Assembly (NCBI GenBank): GCA_963514005.1
Contig: OY740800.1
Span: 44,826,001-44,890,000 of the forward strand
Reading direction: 5' to 3'
From: Raja brachyura
Taxonomy: Eukaryota
Length of the DNA stretch: 64,000 nt
Under the pieces are notes generated by a model. It ran no database searches, had not been told where the DNA came from, and saw only the letters and a program-made list of their open reading frames with translations. Below are positions 51,931 to 64,000 of this stretch, one piece after another (within the stretch, counting starts at the first letter, position 1; every line of letters starts with the position of its first letter). A program made the position numbers and the translations under genes.

Positions 51931-54029
51931 CAACTTCAAGTTCAAGTGAGTTTATTGTCATGTGTCCCTGACAGGACAATGAAATTCTTGCTTTGCTTCA
52001 GCACAACAGAATATAGTAGGCATTGACTACACAACAGATCAGTGTGTCAGTGTATACCATTATCTATGTAAATACACACATGAATAAATAAATTGATAAA
52101 GTGCAAATAACAGATAAAGGGGTATTAATGTTCAGAGTTTTGTCCGAGCCAAGTTTAATAGCCTGATGGCTGTGGGGAAGTAGCTATTCCTGAACCTGGT
52201 CGTTGCAGTCTTCAGGCTCCTGTACCTTCTACCTGAAGGTAGCAGGGAGATGAGTGTGTGGCCAGGGTGGTGTGGGTCCTTGATGATGCTGCCAGCCTTT
52301 TTGAGGCAGCGACTGCGATAAATCCCCTCGATGGAAGGAAGGTCAGAGCTGATGATGGACTGGGCAGTGTTTACTACTTTTTGAAGTCTTTTCCTCTCCA
52401 GGGCGCTCAAGTTGCCGAACCAAGCCACGATGCAACCGCTCAGCATGCTCTCTACTGTGCACCTGTAGAAGTTAGAGAGAGTCCTCCTTGACAGACCGAC
52501 TCTCCGTAATCTTCTCAGGAAGTAGAGGCGCTGATGAGCTTTCTTAATAATTGCATCTGTGTTCTCGGACCAGGAAAGATCTTCAGAGATGTGCACGCCC
52601 AGGAATTTGAAGCTCTTGACCCTTTCAACCATCGACCCGTTGATATAAACAGGACTGTGGATCCCCATCCTTCCAAAGTCCACAATCAGTTCCTTGGTTT
52701 TGCTGGTGTTGAGGGCCAGGTTGATGTGCTGGCACCATATGGACAGTTGCTCAATCTCTCTTCTATACTCGGACTCATCCCCATCAGTGATACGTCCCAC
52801 AACAGTGGTGTCGTCAGCGAACTTGATGATGGACTTCGCACTGTGACCGGCTACGCAGTCATGAGTATAGAGTGAGTACAGCAGGGGGCTGAGCACGCAG
52901 CCTTGAGGTGCTCCCGTGCTGATTGTTATCGAGTCTGACACATTTCCACCAATACGAACAGACTGTGGTCTGTGGATGAGGAAGTCGAGGATCCAATTGC
53001 AGAGGGATGTGCAGAGACCCAGTTCTGAGAGCTTGGTAACCAGCTTGGAGGGGATGATTGTGTTAAATGCCGAGTTGTAATCGATGAATAAGAGCCTGAC
53101 ATATGAGTTTTTGTTGTCCAAGTGGTCCAGAGCGGAGTGGAGGGCCAGCAAGATCGCGTCCACCGTTGATCTGTTGTGGCGGTAAGCGAACTGCAGTGGG
53201 TCCGGGTTTTTGTCGAGGTAGGAGTTGATTTGCGCCCTGATCAACCTCTCGAAGCACTTCATCACCACAGGCGTTAGTGCCACAGGTCGATAGTCATTGA
53301 GGCACGTCACCTTGCTCTTCTTGGGCACCGGTATAATTGATGCCCTTTTAAAGCAGGTGGGAACCTCAGACCTCAGAAGTGACAGGTTGAAAATGTCCGT
53401 TAAAAACTCCAGCAGGTTGGTCCGTACAGGTTTTTAGGACACGACCAGGTATGCCATCCGGTCCAGACGCTTTTCGAGGGTTCACCCCTCTGAAGGATTT
53501 CCTGACGTCGGCCTCTGTGACTGAGACTGAAATACCATCACAGCGAATAGGGGCTCGGGAAGGCACATCGGTGTTCTCCCTATCAAAGCGTGCGTAAAAT
53601 GCATTGAGCTCATCAGGGAGTGATGTATCGCCGACATTCGAGCTGCCTCCTGGTTTCGCCTTGTAAGAGGTGATTGCATTCAGTCCCCGCCACAGCTGCC
53701 GAACATCTGTCTCATCCTCCAGCTTGGAGCAGAACTCCCTTTTGGCCTTTTTGATGGCCTTACCGAGGTCGTATCTGGATTTCTTATAGTCCATTGTATC
53801 ATCAGACATGAATGCCCGGTGTCTGGTCTTCAGAAGAGTGCGGATCTCACAGTTCATCCAAGGTTTATGATTGGGAAACACTCGGAATGTTTTTGTAGGG
53901 ATGCAGTCCTCCACACATTTCTTAATGAAGTCTGTAACGACTGTGGCGTATTCGTTCAAGTCTGTTGCAGAGTCCTTGAACATTGCCCAGTCTACAGACT
54001 CCAAACAGTCCTGCAGTTGTTCCTCCATG
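51931..54029 (-). mobile_element. Rex1/Babar-type non-LTR retrotransposon, 5' truncated
   Basis: [50 protein letters not shown]; one frameshift near 53400; (ttcaag) tail; splits a V-SINE (51864-51930 and 54030-54243). Confidence 0.9.
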
Positions 54030-55842
54030 AGCTGTCTGTACAGAGTTTGCACGTTCTCCCCGTGACCTGCATGGGTTTATTCCGGGTGCTCCGGTTTCCT
54101 CCCACATTCCAAAGACGTGCAGGTTTGTAGGTTAATTGGTCTCTGTAAATTGTCCCTAGTGTGTTGGATAGAGCTAGTGTATGGATGAGCGCTGGTCGGC
54201 ATGGACCCAATGAGCCGGAGGGCCTGTTTCTGCGTTGTATCTGCACTTCTTCTTGTGTGTGGCGTGCACAGCCTAAAGTTGCCGGACAACTTGTTCTATT
54301 TGATCTTTGATTGTGCACGCTGGGTTGATTGCATTCGTTGAAACAGGGCGGACCAGGTGAAGGTTGCAATCTGCCAGCCCATATCTGCACTAAGTTGGTC
54401 TGATGCACATAGATACATTGAAAATTGGTGCAGGAGTGGGCCATTCGGCCCTTCGAGCCAGCACCGCCATTCAATGTGATCATGGCTGATCATCCACAAT
54501 CAGTACCCCGTTCCTGCCTTCTCCCCATACCCCTTGATTCCACCAGCCCTAAGAGCTCTACCTAACTCTCTTTTGAAAGCATCCAGTGAATCGGCCTCCA
54601 CTGCCTTCTGAGGCGGAGAATTCCACAAATTCACAACTCTCCTGGTGAAAATGTTTTTTCCATCTCAGTTCCACAATACATGGTTTACCCGTTATTCTTA
54701 AACTCTGGAGACTGGTTCTGGACTCCCCCAACATCGGGAACATGTTTCCTGCATCTAGCGTGTCCAATCTTATATGTTTCTATAAGACCCCCTCCCACCT
54801 TTCTAAATTCCAGTGAATACAAGCCCAGCTGACCCATTCTTTGGAAGACTGTGCCGTCCTTAGCTCCAGCCTGCAGGATGTGAGGCTTTTCAGTGGCGTC
54901 ATGACAGATGTATTGCGATAAACTGTGCCGTTTCTTGATGTTCTGGGTCACGGCATGCTTTGCCAATTACTCATGTCAGAGCCATGCAGGGATTATGAAC
55001 AGCACACCTGCAATGCAAATGTGGCTGGAAGGTTTAGACTGCAGAGACCGAAACCAAGTTACTCAATCTTCAGGGTTTCTACTGAAGAGGGGGCTGAAGG
55101 GCCTGTTCCTGTGCTGTTCCATGTGGAATTCTCTGCCACAGAAGGCAGTGGAGGACAATTCACTGGATTTTTTCAAGAGGGAGTTAGATTTAGCTCGTAG
55201 GGCTGGGGAGAAGGCAGGAACATTAACCCTGATGCACTGATTTTAGATGATCAGCCATGATCATATTGAATGCCAGTGTTGGCTCGAAGGGCCGAATGGC
55301 CTACTCCTGCACCTATTTTCTATGTTTGCATTGTTTCTATGTTCAATAAGACAATAGAATTGCTTAATACATACTCAGAGTAAATCAGTTTAGATTATTG
55401 TCAGGTGCGGTGAATAGTTTTTGTTGCGTGCTAGCTGTCAACGGGAAAGACAATTCATGATTACAATCCAGACATTCACTGTGTGCAGATACATGATAAG
55501 GGAATAAACTATCAATTTAAATAAAAATAATTAAATTGTGGGAGCAAAATGGATTTGGGAGCAGACTCGGGCTGGTTATATTAAAAGATTAGATTTAGAT
55601 TACTGTTAACTAATCTTTTAATATACACAAGATAATTATACAAGTGGACAGCATGGTAAACAAGGCAGACGCTCAAGGCTTTGATCTTAAGAGTCAGGAA
55701 GGCATACTGCGACATATTGGACTTTGGCCGGGCCATATTTGGAGCATTGAGTAGAAGAGTCCGGAAGTCGTGATGCAGCCCGATAAGACTTTGGTTAGTC
55801 CACATTTGGAGTATTGCATGCAGTTCTGATCACCTCGTAGGT

Positions 55843-56712
55843 CGGGGGGTAGGATGGAGTCGAGGTACATGGAAATCATTTCCGTGGGACGGGAGCAGGC
55901 AGAAGCAATGGGTCTGCCGGGGCAGTTGTGTTTGTGGATTGTGGGGAGAAGATTAAAAACGGGCCGTGCGAGGGTGGGGAAACTATAAGGCTGGAGGCTG
56001 TGGAAGGCAGAAGTGATGAAATCAGTAGGTGTTTGAGACCAAAGATCCTTTAGCGGAGCAAGATAGACCACTCCTGCTAAATGCAATGGGCTGACGTGTA
56101 GTACGCAGCGGGTGCGGAACGTGGGGCTTTTTTCCATCCATTTCAGTAACAGGACCCGACTCAACGTTGGGGGGAACAGTTTTTCTAATTAAAATTCTGA
56201 AAATGAGGAGAAGATTTTTTTGCCAAAGAACTTTTATTTTTACGAGGGTGTTTCCGTAACCGGCTTCCAGTCTCCGCACTAGTATCTTTGCTCCGCTGTG
56301 ACGGGATCTTTGGTGCGGAGACGGAAGCCGGTTACGGGAATGGGGCCAAAATTTACCCACGAATCTGCCCATGACCGTACGACGTCTTTTTAGTCAAGTG
56401 GACTATCTTGCTCGCCACAAGATCTTTGTTTGAGATAGTGGCCTGGTGCTCATCTATGGGATCTTGGTCCAAGGATAAGTAGGAGGAGGTGTGTGAGAGT
56501 TGGCGCCTGGCCTCAGCCCGGTAGCGGTCAGCGCGCCAGACTATCACGGCACCTCCCTTGTCGGCGGGTTTGATTCTAATGTCAGGGTTGTCGTAGAGTG
56601 AGCGGAGGGTCGTACGTTCAGAGGGAGTGAGGTGGAAAAGGCTGAGACGGTTGATGTCACGCCGGCAGTTAGAAATAAAGAGGTCTAGAGAGGGGAGAAG
56701 GCTAACAGAAGC
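55843..56712 (-). mobile_element. Penelope RT N-terminal fragment interrupted by a MITE
   Basis: KPADKGGAVIVW and LPTIHK..PGRPI motifs. Confidence 0.75.
56040..56428. mobile_element. hAT-like MITE
   Basis: Imperfect TIRs of about 33 bp, caaagatc..gagcaagatagaccact / agtggactatcttgctc..gatctttg; flanks tttgagac/tttgagat. Confidence 0.65.
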
Positions 56713-56715
56713 CTC

Positions 56716-57389
56716 ATAGAAACATAGAAATTAGGTGCAGGAGTAGGCCATTCGGCCCTTCGAGCCTGCACCGCCATTCAATATGATCATGGCTGATCAT
56801 CCAACTCAGTATCCCGTACCTGCCTTCTCTCCATACCCTCTGATCCCCTTAGCCACAAGGACCACATCTAACTCCCTCTTAAATATAGCCAATGAACTGG
56901 CCTCAACTACCCTCTGTGGCAGAGAGTTCCAGAGACCCACCACTCTCTGTGTGAAAAAAGTCCTTCTCATCTCGGTCCTAAAGGATTTCCCCCTTATCCT
57001 TAAGCTGTGACCCCTTGTCCTGAACCTCCCCAACATCGGGAACAATCTTCCTGCGTCTAGCCTGTCCAACCCCTTAAGAATTTTGTAAGTTTCTATAAGA
57101 TCCCCTCTCAATCTCCTAAATTCTAGAGAGTATAAACCGAGTCTATGCAGTCTTTGTTCATAAGACAGTCCTGATATCCCAGGAATCAGTCTGGTGAACC
57201 TTCTCTGCACTCCCTCTATGGCAAGAATGTCCTTCCTCAGATTTGGAGACCGAACTGTACGCAATACTCCAGGTGTGGTCTCACCAAGACCCTATACAAC
57301 TGAAGTAGAACCTCCCTGCTCCTATACTCAAATCCTTTTGCTATGAAAGCTAACGTACCATTGGCTTTCTTCACTGCCTGCTGCACCTG
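56716..57389 (-). mobile_element. CR1 LINE 3' fragment
   Basis: ORF2 C-terminus in ORFs 56806-57264 and 57237-57626. Confidence 0.92.
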
Positions 57390-57776
57390 CAGAAATATAT
57401 TTAATGACGAGAGGCATAGATCGACAGTCAGAACCTTTTTTCCCCAGGGTGGAAAAGAGGGCACAGCTTTAAGGGGAAAGGGGGAAACTTTAAAGGAGAT
57501 GTGCAGGGGAAAGATTTTTTTACAGAGGGTGGTGGGTGCCCGGAACGCGCTGCCAGGGGTGGCGGTGGAGGTGGAGGCAGATACGAGAGTGGCGTTTAAG
57601 AGGCTTTTAGACAGGCGCGTGGACATGCAAGGAATGGAGGAATCGGGATCACGTGCAGGCAGAGGCGATTAGTTTAACTCGACGTTATGTTCGGCACGGA
57701 CATTGTGGGCCGAAGGGCCTGTTCCTGTGCTGTTCTAGGATCAAAGCATATTAAGACAATAGAACTGTGTAAAATA

Positions 57777-59371
57777 CAGTGCATTCAGAAAGTATTCAGA
57801 CCCCTTCACCTTTCCCACAATTTGTTACGTTACAGCCTTATTCTAAAATGGATTACATTATTATTTTTTAAATCATCAATTTACACACAATACCCCAGAG
57901 TAAAAAAGCAAAAACAGGTGTTTAGAAATTCTTGCAAAGTAATTAAAACAAAATAACTGAAATACCACATGTACCATAAGTATTCAGGCCCTATACAGTA
58001 CTTTGTTGAGGCACCTTTGGCAGCGATTACAGCCTCAAGTCTTCTTGGGTATGACGCTACAAGCTTGGCACACCTGTATTTGGGTCATTTCTCCCATTCT
58101 TCTCTGCAGATCCTCTCAAGCTCTGTCAGGTTGGATGGGAAGTATCAATGCGCAGCTATTTTCAGGTCCCTCCAGAGATGTTCGATCGGGTTCAAGTCCG
58201 GGCTCTGGCTGGGCCACTCAAGGACTTGTCACGAAGCCACTCCTGCGTTGTCTTGGCTGTGTGCTTAGGGTCATTGTCCTGTTGGAAGGTGAACCTCCGC
58301 CCCAGTCTGAGGTACAGAACGCTGTGGAGCAGATTTTCATCAAGGATCTCTCCGTACTTCGCTCCGTTCATCTTTCCCTCGATCTTGACTAGTCTCCCAG
58401 TTCCTGCCGCTGAAAAACATCCCCACGGCATGATGCTGCCACCACCATGCTTCACCGTAGGTATGGTATTGGCCAGGTGATGAGCGGTGCCTGGTTTCCT
58501 CCAGACGTGACGCTTGACATTCTGGCCAAAGCGTTCAATCTTGGTTTCAACAGACCAGAGAATCGTGTTTCTCATGCTTTTTGCAAACTTGAAGCGGGCT
58601 GTCATGTGTCTTTTTCTGAGGACATGACAGGCTTCTGGATGGCCACTCTACCATAAAGGCCTGATTGGTGGAGTGCTGCAGATATAGTTGTCCTTCTGGA
58701 AGGTTCTCCCATCTCCACAAAGGAACTCTGGAGCTCTGTCAGAGTGACCATCGGGTCTTAGTCACCTCCCTGACCAAGGCCCTTCTCCTCCAATTGGTCA
58801 GTTTGGCCGGGCGGCCAGCTCTAAGAAGAGTCCTGGTGGTTCCAAAGTTCTTCCATTTAAGAATGACGGAGGCCACTGCGCTCTTCGGGACCTGCAATGC
58901 TGCAGAAATTGTTTTCTACCCTTCCCCAGATCTGTGTCTCGACACAATCCTGTCTCGGAGGTCTACGGACAATTCCTTTGTCTTCATGGCTTGGTTTTTG
59001 CTCTGATGTGCACTGTCAACTGTGGAACCTTATATAGACAGGTGTGTGCCTTTCCACATCATGTCCAATCAATTTAATTTACCACTGGTGGACTCCAATC
59101 AAGTTGTAGAAACATCTCAAGGATAATCAATGGAAACGGGATGAACCTAAGCTCAATTTTGAGTGTCATGGCAAATGGGTCTGAATATTTATGTAAATGT
59201 GATATTTCAGTTATTTCTTTTTAATTACTTTGCAAACATTTCTAAACACCTGTTTTTGCTTTTATATTATGGGGTATTGTGTGACTGATGATTTAAAAAA
59301 ATGAATTTAATCCAGTAACATAACAATATGTGGAAAAAGTGAAGGGGTCTGAATACTTTCTGTGTTCACTG
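57777..59371 (-). mobile_element. Near full-length defective Tc1 transposon
   Basis: TIR cagtgcattcagaaagtattcagaccccttcac and its inverse; TA at the left end; transposase MKTKELS (from 58987)...WSVETK, FQQDNDPKH, WPSQSPDLNPIE with stops and frameshifts. Confidence 0.92.
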
Positions 59372-59521
59372 TGTACGTGGAATAATCAATGGTGAATAAA
59401 CATGCTTATTATATTATAAAGGTGATAGGGGTTAGAACAAAAAACAGATCAAACCAGTTTGATGTTTGGGAGAAAGGCATTTGCCGCAGAAATCGGGTTA
59501 GAACCCACTCAACTAAAGCAT

Positions 59522-60113
59522 TTCTTCAAGAAGGAACTGCAGATGCTGGAAAATCAACAAAAAAGTGCTGGAGAAACTCAGCGGGTGCAGCAGCATCTAT
59601 GGAGCGAAGGAGATAGGCAACGTTTCGGGCCGAAACCCTTCTTCAGACTGATGCAGGGTCGGGAAGAAGAAAGGAAGAGGAGGAGCCCGAGGGCTGAGGG
59701 GGAGCTGAGAAGGGGAGGAGACAGCGAGGGCTACCGGAAATTGGAGAAGTCAATGTTTATGCCGCTAGGGTGCAGACTGCCCAAGCGGAATATGAGGTGC
59801 CGTTCCTACAATTTGCAGTGTTGCTCACTCTGGCAATGGAGGAGGCCCAGGACAGAAAGTTCGGATTCGGAATGGGAGGGGGAGTTGAAGTGCTGAGCCA
59901 CCGGGAGATCAGGTTGGTTAATGCGGACCGAGCAGAGGTGTTCGGCGAAACGATCGGCAAGCCTACGCTTCGTCTCACCGCTGTAGATCAGCTGACATGT
60001 AGAGCAGTGGATGCAGTAGATGAGGTTGGAGGAGGTGCAGGTGAACCTCTGCCGGACTTGCTTGGGTCCTTGAATGGAGTGGAGGGGGGATATAAGCGAC
60101 AAGTGTAGCATCT
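59522..60113 (-). mobile_element. Penelope 3' fragment (GIY-YIG plus terminus)
   Basis: NLIYCIHCSTCQLIYSGETKRRLADRFAEH followed by the Penelope end. Confidence 0.88.
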
Positions 60114-63100
60114 CGTGCGGTGGTGGGTGTATGGAAGGAGCTGCCAGAGGAGGTAGTTGAGGCTGGGACTATCCCAACGTTTAACAGTTAAACGGGTACA
60201 TGAATAGGACAGGTTTGGAGGGATATGGACCAAATGCAGGCAGGTGGGACTAGTGTAGCTGGGACATTGTTGGCAAGTTGGGCCGAAGGGCCTGTTTCCA
60301 CATTGTATCACTCTATGACTAGTGTAGCTGGGACATGTTGGCCGGTCTGGGCAAGTTGGGCCGAAGGGCCTGTTTCCATGCTGTATCACTCTACGACCCT
60401 ATGAGGATCTCTTCTGCTCTCTTTACACTTCCTCTAGATGCCTGTAGGTGGCAGCCTCACTCTGACGGAGTGCCAAGGGCCAATATAACTGAGGATGTTA
60501 ATGCAGTCCAGATATCGGATTGATTCACCCATTCCTAATCTCCTTGGCAGAGGTGAGGAATTAGTCATTCCAGGCATTGCATTCGTCAAATGAGTATTAA
60601 AAATGCATTAAAATGCATTAAAAATGCAGTTGCTTCATAGGATTTATTACATTAGTTAACATTTATAATATGAGGTAGACACAAAATATTTCTGAAGAAG
60701 GGTCTCGACCCGAAACGTCGCCTATCCTTCGCTCCTTAGATGCTGCTGCACCCGCTGAGTTTCTCCAGCAATTTGTGTAACCCACAAAATATTTCAGTTA
60801 GGTTTACTGTCATGTGTACCGAGGTTCAGCAAAAAGCCTTTGTTGCGTGCTAACCAGTCAGCGGAAAGACAAGGTAGACAAAAGTGCTGGAGGAACTCAG
60901 CGGGTGAGGCAGCATCTATGGAGCGATGGAAATAGGCAACGTTTCGGGCCGAAACCATTCTTCAGACTGAGACAATACATGATTACAATCGACCCATTTA
61001 GTGTACAGACACATGATAAAGGAATAACGTTCAGTGCAAGGTAAAGCCAGCAAAGTCCGATCGAGGATGGTAGTTCAGCACCGCTCTCTGGGTGTGGTAG
61101 GATGGTTCAGTTGCCCGATAACAGCCGGGAAGAAACTGTCCCTGAATCTGGAGGCGTGCGTTTTCACACTTCTATACATTTTGCCCGATGGGAGAGGGGA
61201 GGATAGGGAGTGGCCGGGGTGCGACTGGTCTGTGATGATGCTGCTGGCCTTGCTGAGGCAGCGTGAGGTGTAGATGGAGTCAGTGGAAGGGAGGTTGGTT
61301 TGTGTGTGATGGTCTGGGCTGCGTCCACAATTCGCTGCAATTTCCTGCGGGTCTCAGATGGAGCCGTTCCCAAACCGGGCTGTGATGCATCCCGATAAAG
61401 TGCTTTCTACGGCAAACCTGTTTGTGTTGCAGGATGGAAAACATTTTGATTACATTGGTGACTTGGACACTCCCTACACTTGCAGAAATATTACACAGAC
61501 CAATTACTCCACAATGCTGTCGGGGTGGAAACCCAAACACTCACAGGTGGAGCGTGCAAACTCCACATACTGACAGCACCCGTAGTCAGGTCAGGACAGG
61601 AGGTGAGGAGGAATTTCTTCAGTCGGAGGGTGGTGGATCTGTGGATCTCTTTGCCACAGACGGCTGTGGAGGCCAAGTTAGTGGATGTTTTTAAGGCCGA
61701 GATACTCAAGTCAAGTCGAGAGAGTTTATTGTCATGTGTCCCAGATAGGACAATGACATTCTTGCTTGCTGTCCTTGATTCTAGATCAGTGCGGGCGTCA
61801 GGGGTTACGGGGAGAAGGCAGGAGAATGGGGTTAGGAGGGAGAGATAGATCAGCCACCATTGAATGGTTGAGTAGACTTGATGGGCCGAATGGCCTCATT
61901 CTACTTCTATCACTTCTGACCTTCTGAGTCGTGCATGATCGACCCCCAGCTGTTTTGCCAAAGCACCAGAGAGCCTCAGCCATGTGCTCCCCACAAATTC
62001 CTCCAAACCCTTTAGGGCAGCGTACAGAAACTGGCACAGCAGGTCGAGTTCGGAAATTCTACGAGCCGAATGTAGGCCATTCGGCCCATCAAGGCTACTC
62101 CGCCATTCAATCATGGCTGATCTATCTTTCCCTCTCAACCCCATTCTCCTGCCTTCTCCCCGTAACCCCTGACACCCGCACTAATCAAGAATCTGCCATT
62201 CGGCGTCTTAAAAATACCCACTGACTTGTGGCCTCCACAGCCGTCTGTGGCAAAGAGGTCCACAGATTCACCGCCCTCTGACTAAAGAAATTCCTCATCA
62301 TCTCCTTTCTATTCTGAGGCTGTGACCTCTGGTCCTAGACTCTCTCACTAGTGGAAACATCCTCTCCACATGCATTCTGTCCAGGCTTTTACATTAGATT
62401 AGATTAGATTACTCTATTGTCATTCAGACCTTTTGGTCTGAACGAAATTGTTACCTGCAGTCATAACATATAATTAAAAAACAACAAAACACACAATAAA
62501 CACATATCCAACATCCACCACAATGAGTTCACCCGGCACCTCCTCACTGTGGTGGAAGGCAAAAGTCTTAAGTCATTGTCTTCATCTCTCCGAGTTCTCC
62601 CTCTGCGCTGAGGCGATCCAGGCCACCGCCACCACTGCTGGAGAACCGCAGCTCTAAGCTGGACCCACACCGCCGCTGGAGCACGGCAGCTCTAAGCCGG
62701 ACCCACACCGCCGCTGGAGCACCGCAGCTCCAAGCCGGACCGCCACAGCTCCGCCATTAGGCCTCAGCACAGACGGTGACAGGGGACACGCATCCCCCCG
62801 AAGGGAGAGACCAAAACACTGTTTCTCCCGCCCCCCCCCCCCCCCCAAACCCCACACCCCACATACACAACCTAATAAAACAAAATTCTACTAAACAAAC
62901 ACTACACAACAAAAAAAAGAAAAAAAACAGACGGACTGCAGGATCGCTGCAGCTGCCAGCCAGCGCGGCCACTTCCTCCTCCAATCACCATTCACTGCCT
63001 CAAAGCGCTAGAGATCCGGGTTCGATCCCGAGCTTGGGTGCTGTCTGTGTGGAGTTTGCACGATCAAAACAGCCTGCGTGCTTGAAGAAGAGTCGCGTCT

Positions 63101-63144
63101 CGAAATGTTGACGATCCAATCTCTCCTGGAAAATGATAGGTGGT

Positions 63145-63548
63145 GTTCAAGAAGGAACTGCAGATGCTGGAAAATCGAAGGTAGACAAAAGTGCTGGAGG
63201 AACTCAGCAGGTGAGGCATCATCTATGGAGCAAAGGAAATAGGCAACGTTTCGGGCCGAAACCCGGAAGGATTTTGGCCCGAAACGTTGCCTATTTCCTT
63301 CAGGGTTTCGGCCCGAAACGTTGCCTATTTCCTTCGCTCCATAGATGCTGCCGCACCCGCTGAGTTACTCCAGCACTTCTTTCTACCTTCGATTTTCCAG
63401 CATCTGCAGTTCCTTCTTGAACACTGCAAGTTGTCACCTGTCAAGAGTTCAAGAGAGGGTTACACAAAAAGCTGGAGAAACTCAGCGGGTGCAGCAGCAT
63501 CTAAGGAGCGAAGGAGATAGGCAACGTTTCGGGTCGAGACCCTTCTTC
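63145..63548. mobile_element. Cluster of mini-Penelope ends
   Basis: Inverted pair at about 63147-63422, and an insertion at about 63457-63548 with TSD agagttcaagagag. Confidence 0.75.
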
Positions 63549-64000
63549 AGAGTTCAAGAGAGTTTATTGTCGTGTGTCCCTGACAGGAAATGAAATTCTT
63601 GCTTTGCTTCAGCACAACATAACATTGTAGGCATTGACTACACAACAGATCAGTGTGTCCATACACCATTATATACGTAAATACACACATGAATAAATAA
63701 ACTGATAAAATGCAAATAACAGATAAAGGGTTATTAATGTTCAGAGTTTTGACCGAGCCAGGTTTAATAGCCTGATGGCTGTGGGGAAGTAGCTATTCCT
63801 GAACCTGGTCGTTGCAGTCCTCAGGCTCCTGTACCTTCTACCTGAAGGTAGCAGGGAGATGAGTGTGTGGCCAGGGTGGTGTGGGTCCTTGATGATGCTG
63901 CCAGCCTTTTTGAGGCAGCGACTGCGATAAATCCCCTCGATGGAAGGGAGGCCAGAGCCGATGATGGACTGGGCAGTGTTTACTACTTTTTGTAGTATTC
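63549..64000 (-). mobile_element. Rex1/Babar 3' end (second copy, runs off the window)
   Basis: Highly similar to about 51940-52385. Confidence 0.88.

Overview
Eukaryotic vertebrate DNA, most likely from a cartilaginous fish such as a skate or ray (inferred from HE1/V-SINE-like SINEs, CR1 LINEs and abundant Penelope elements). I traced three spliced + strand genes by hand through GT-AG junctions and exon phases: RHNO1 (2 coding exons, about 332 aa), TULP3 (11 coding exons, 447 aa) and a secreted dermatopontin-family HAAF-like (haemagglutinin/amoebocyte aggregation factor) gene (6 exons, 183 aa). The rest is mostly transposon-derived: Penelope elements and mini-Penelopes, L1, Rex1/Babar, CR1, V-SINEs, Tc1, and hAT- and Harbinger-like MITEs. 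There is also a 59-bp tandem array next to the TULP3 CpG promoter and one N gap. Most short ORFs in the supplied track are TE or shadow frames. The main unexplained signals are: (1) a non-repetitive 43-nt antisense copy of the TULP3 intron7/exon8 junction in intron 9, whose only difference is a G-U wobble, a candidate long-range RNA duplex for splicing control or ADAR editing; and (2) many Penelope-derived mini-insertions carrying a minimal hammerhead-ribozyme-like core, several inside TULP3 introns. TE boundaries are approximate and were read by eye.
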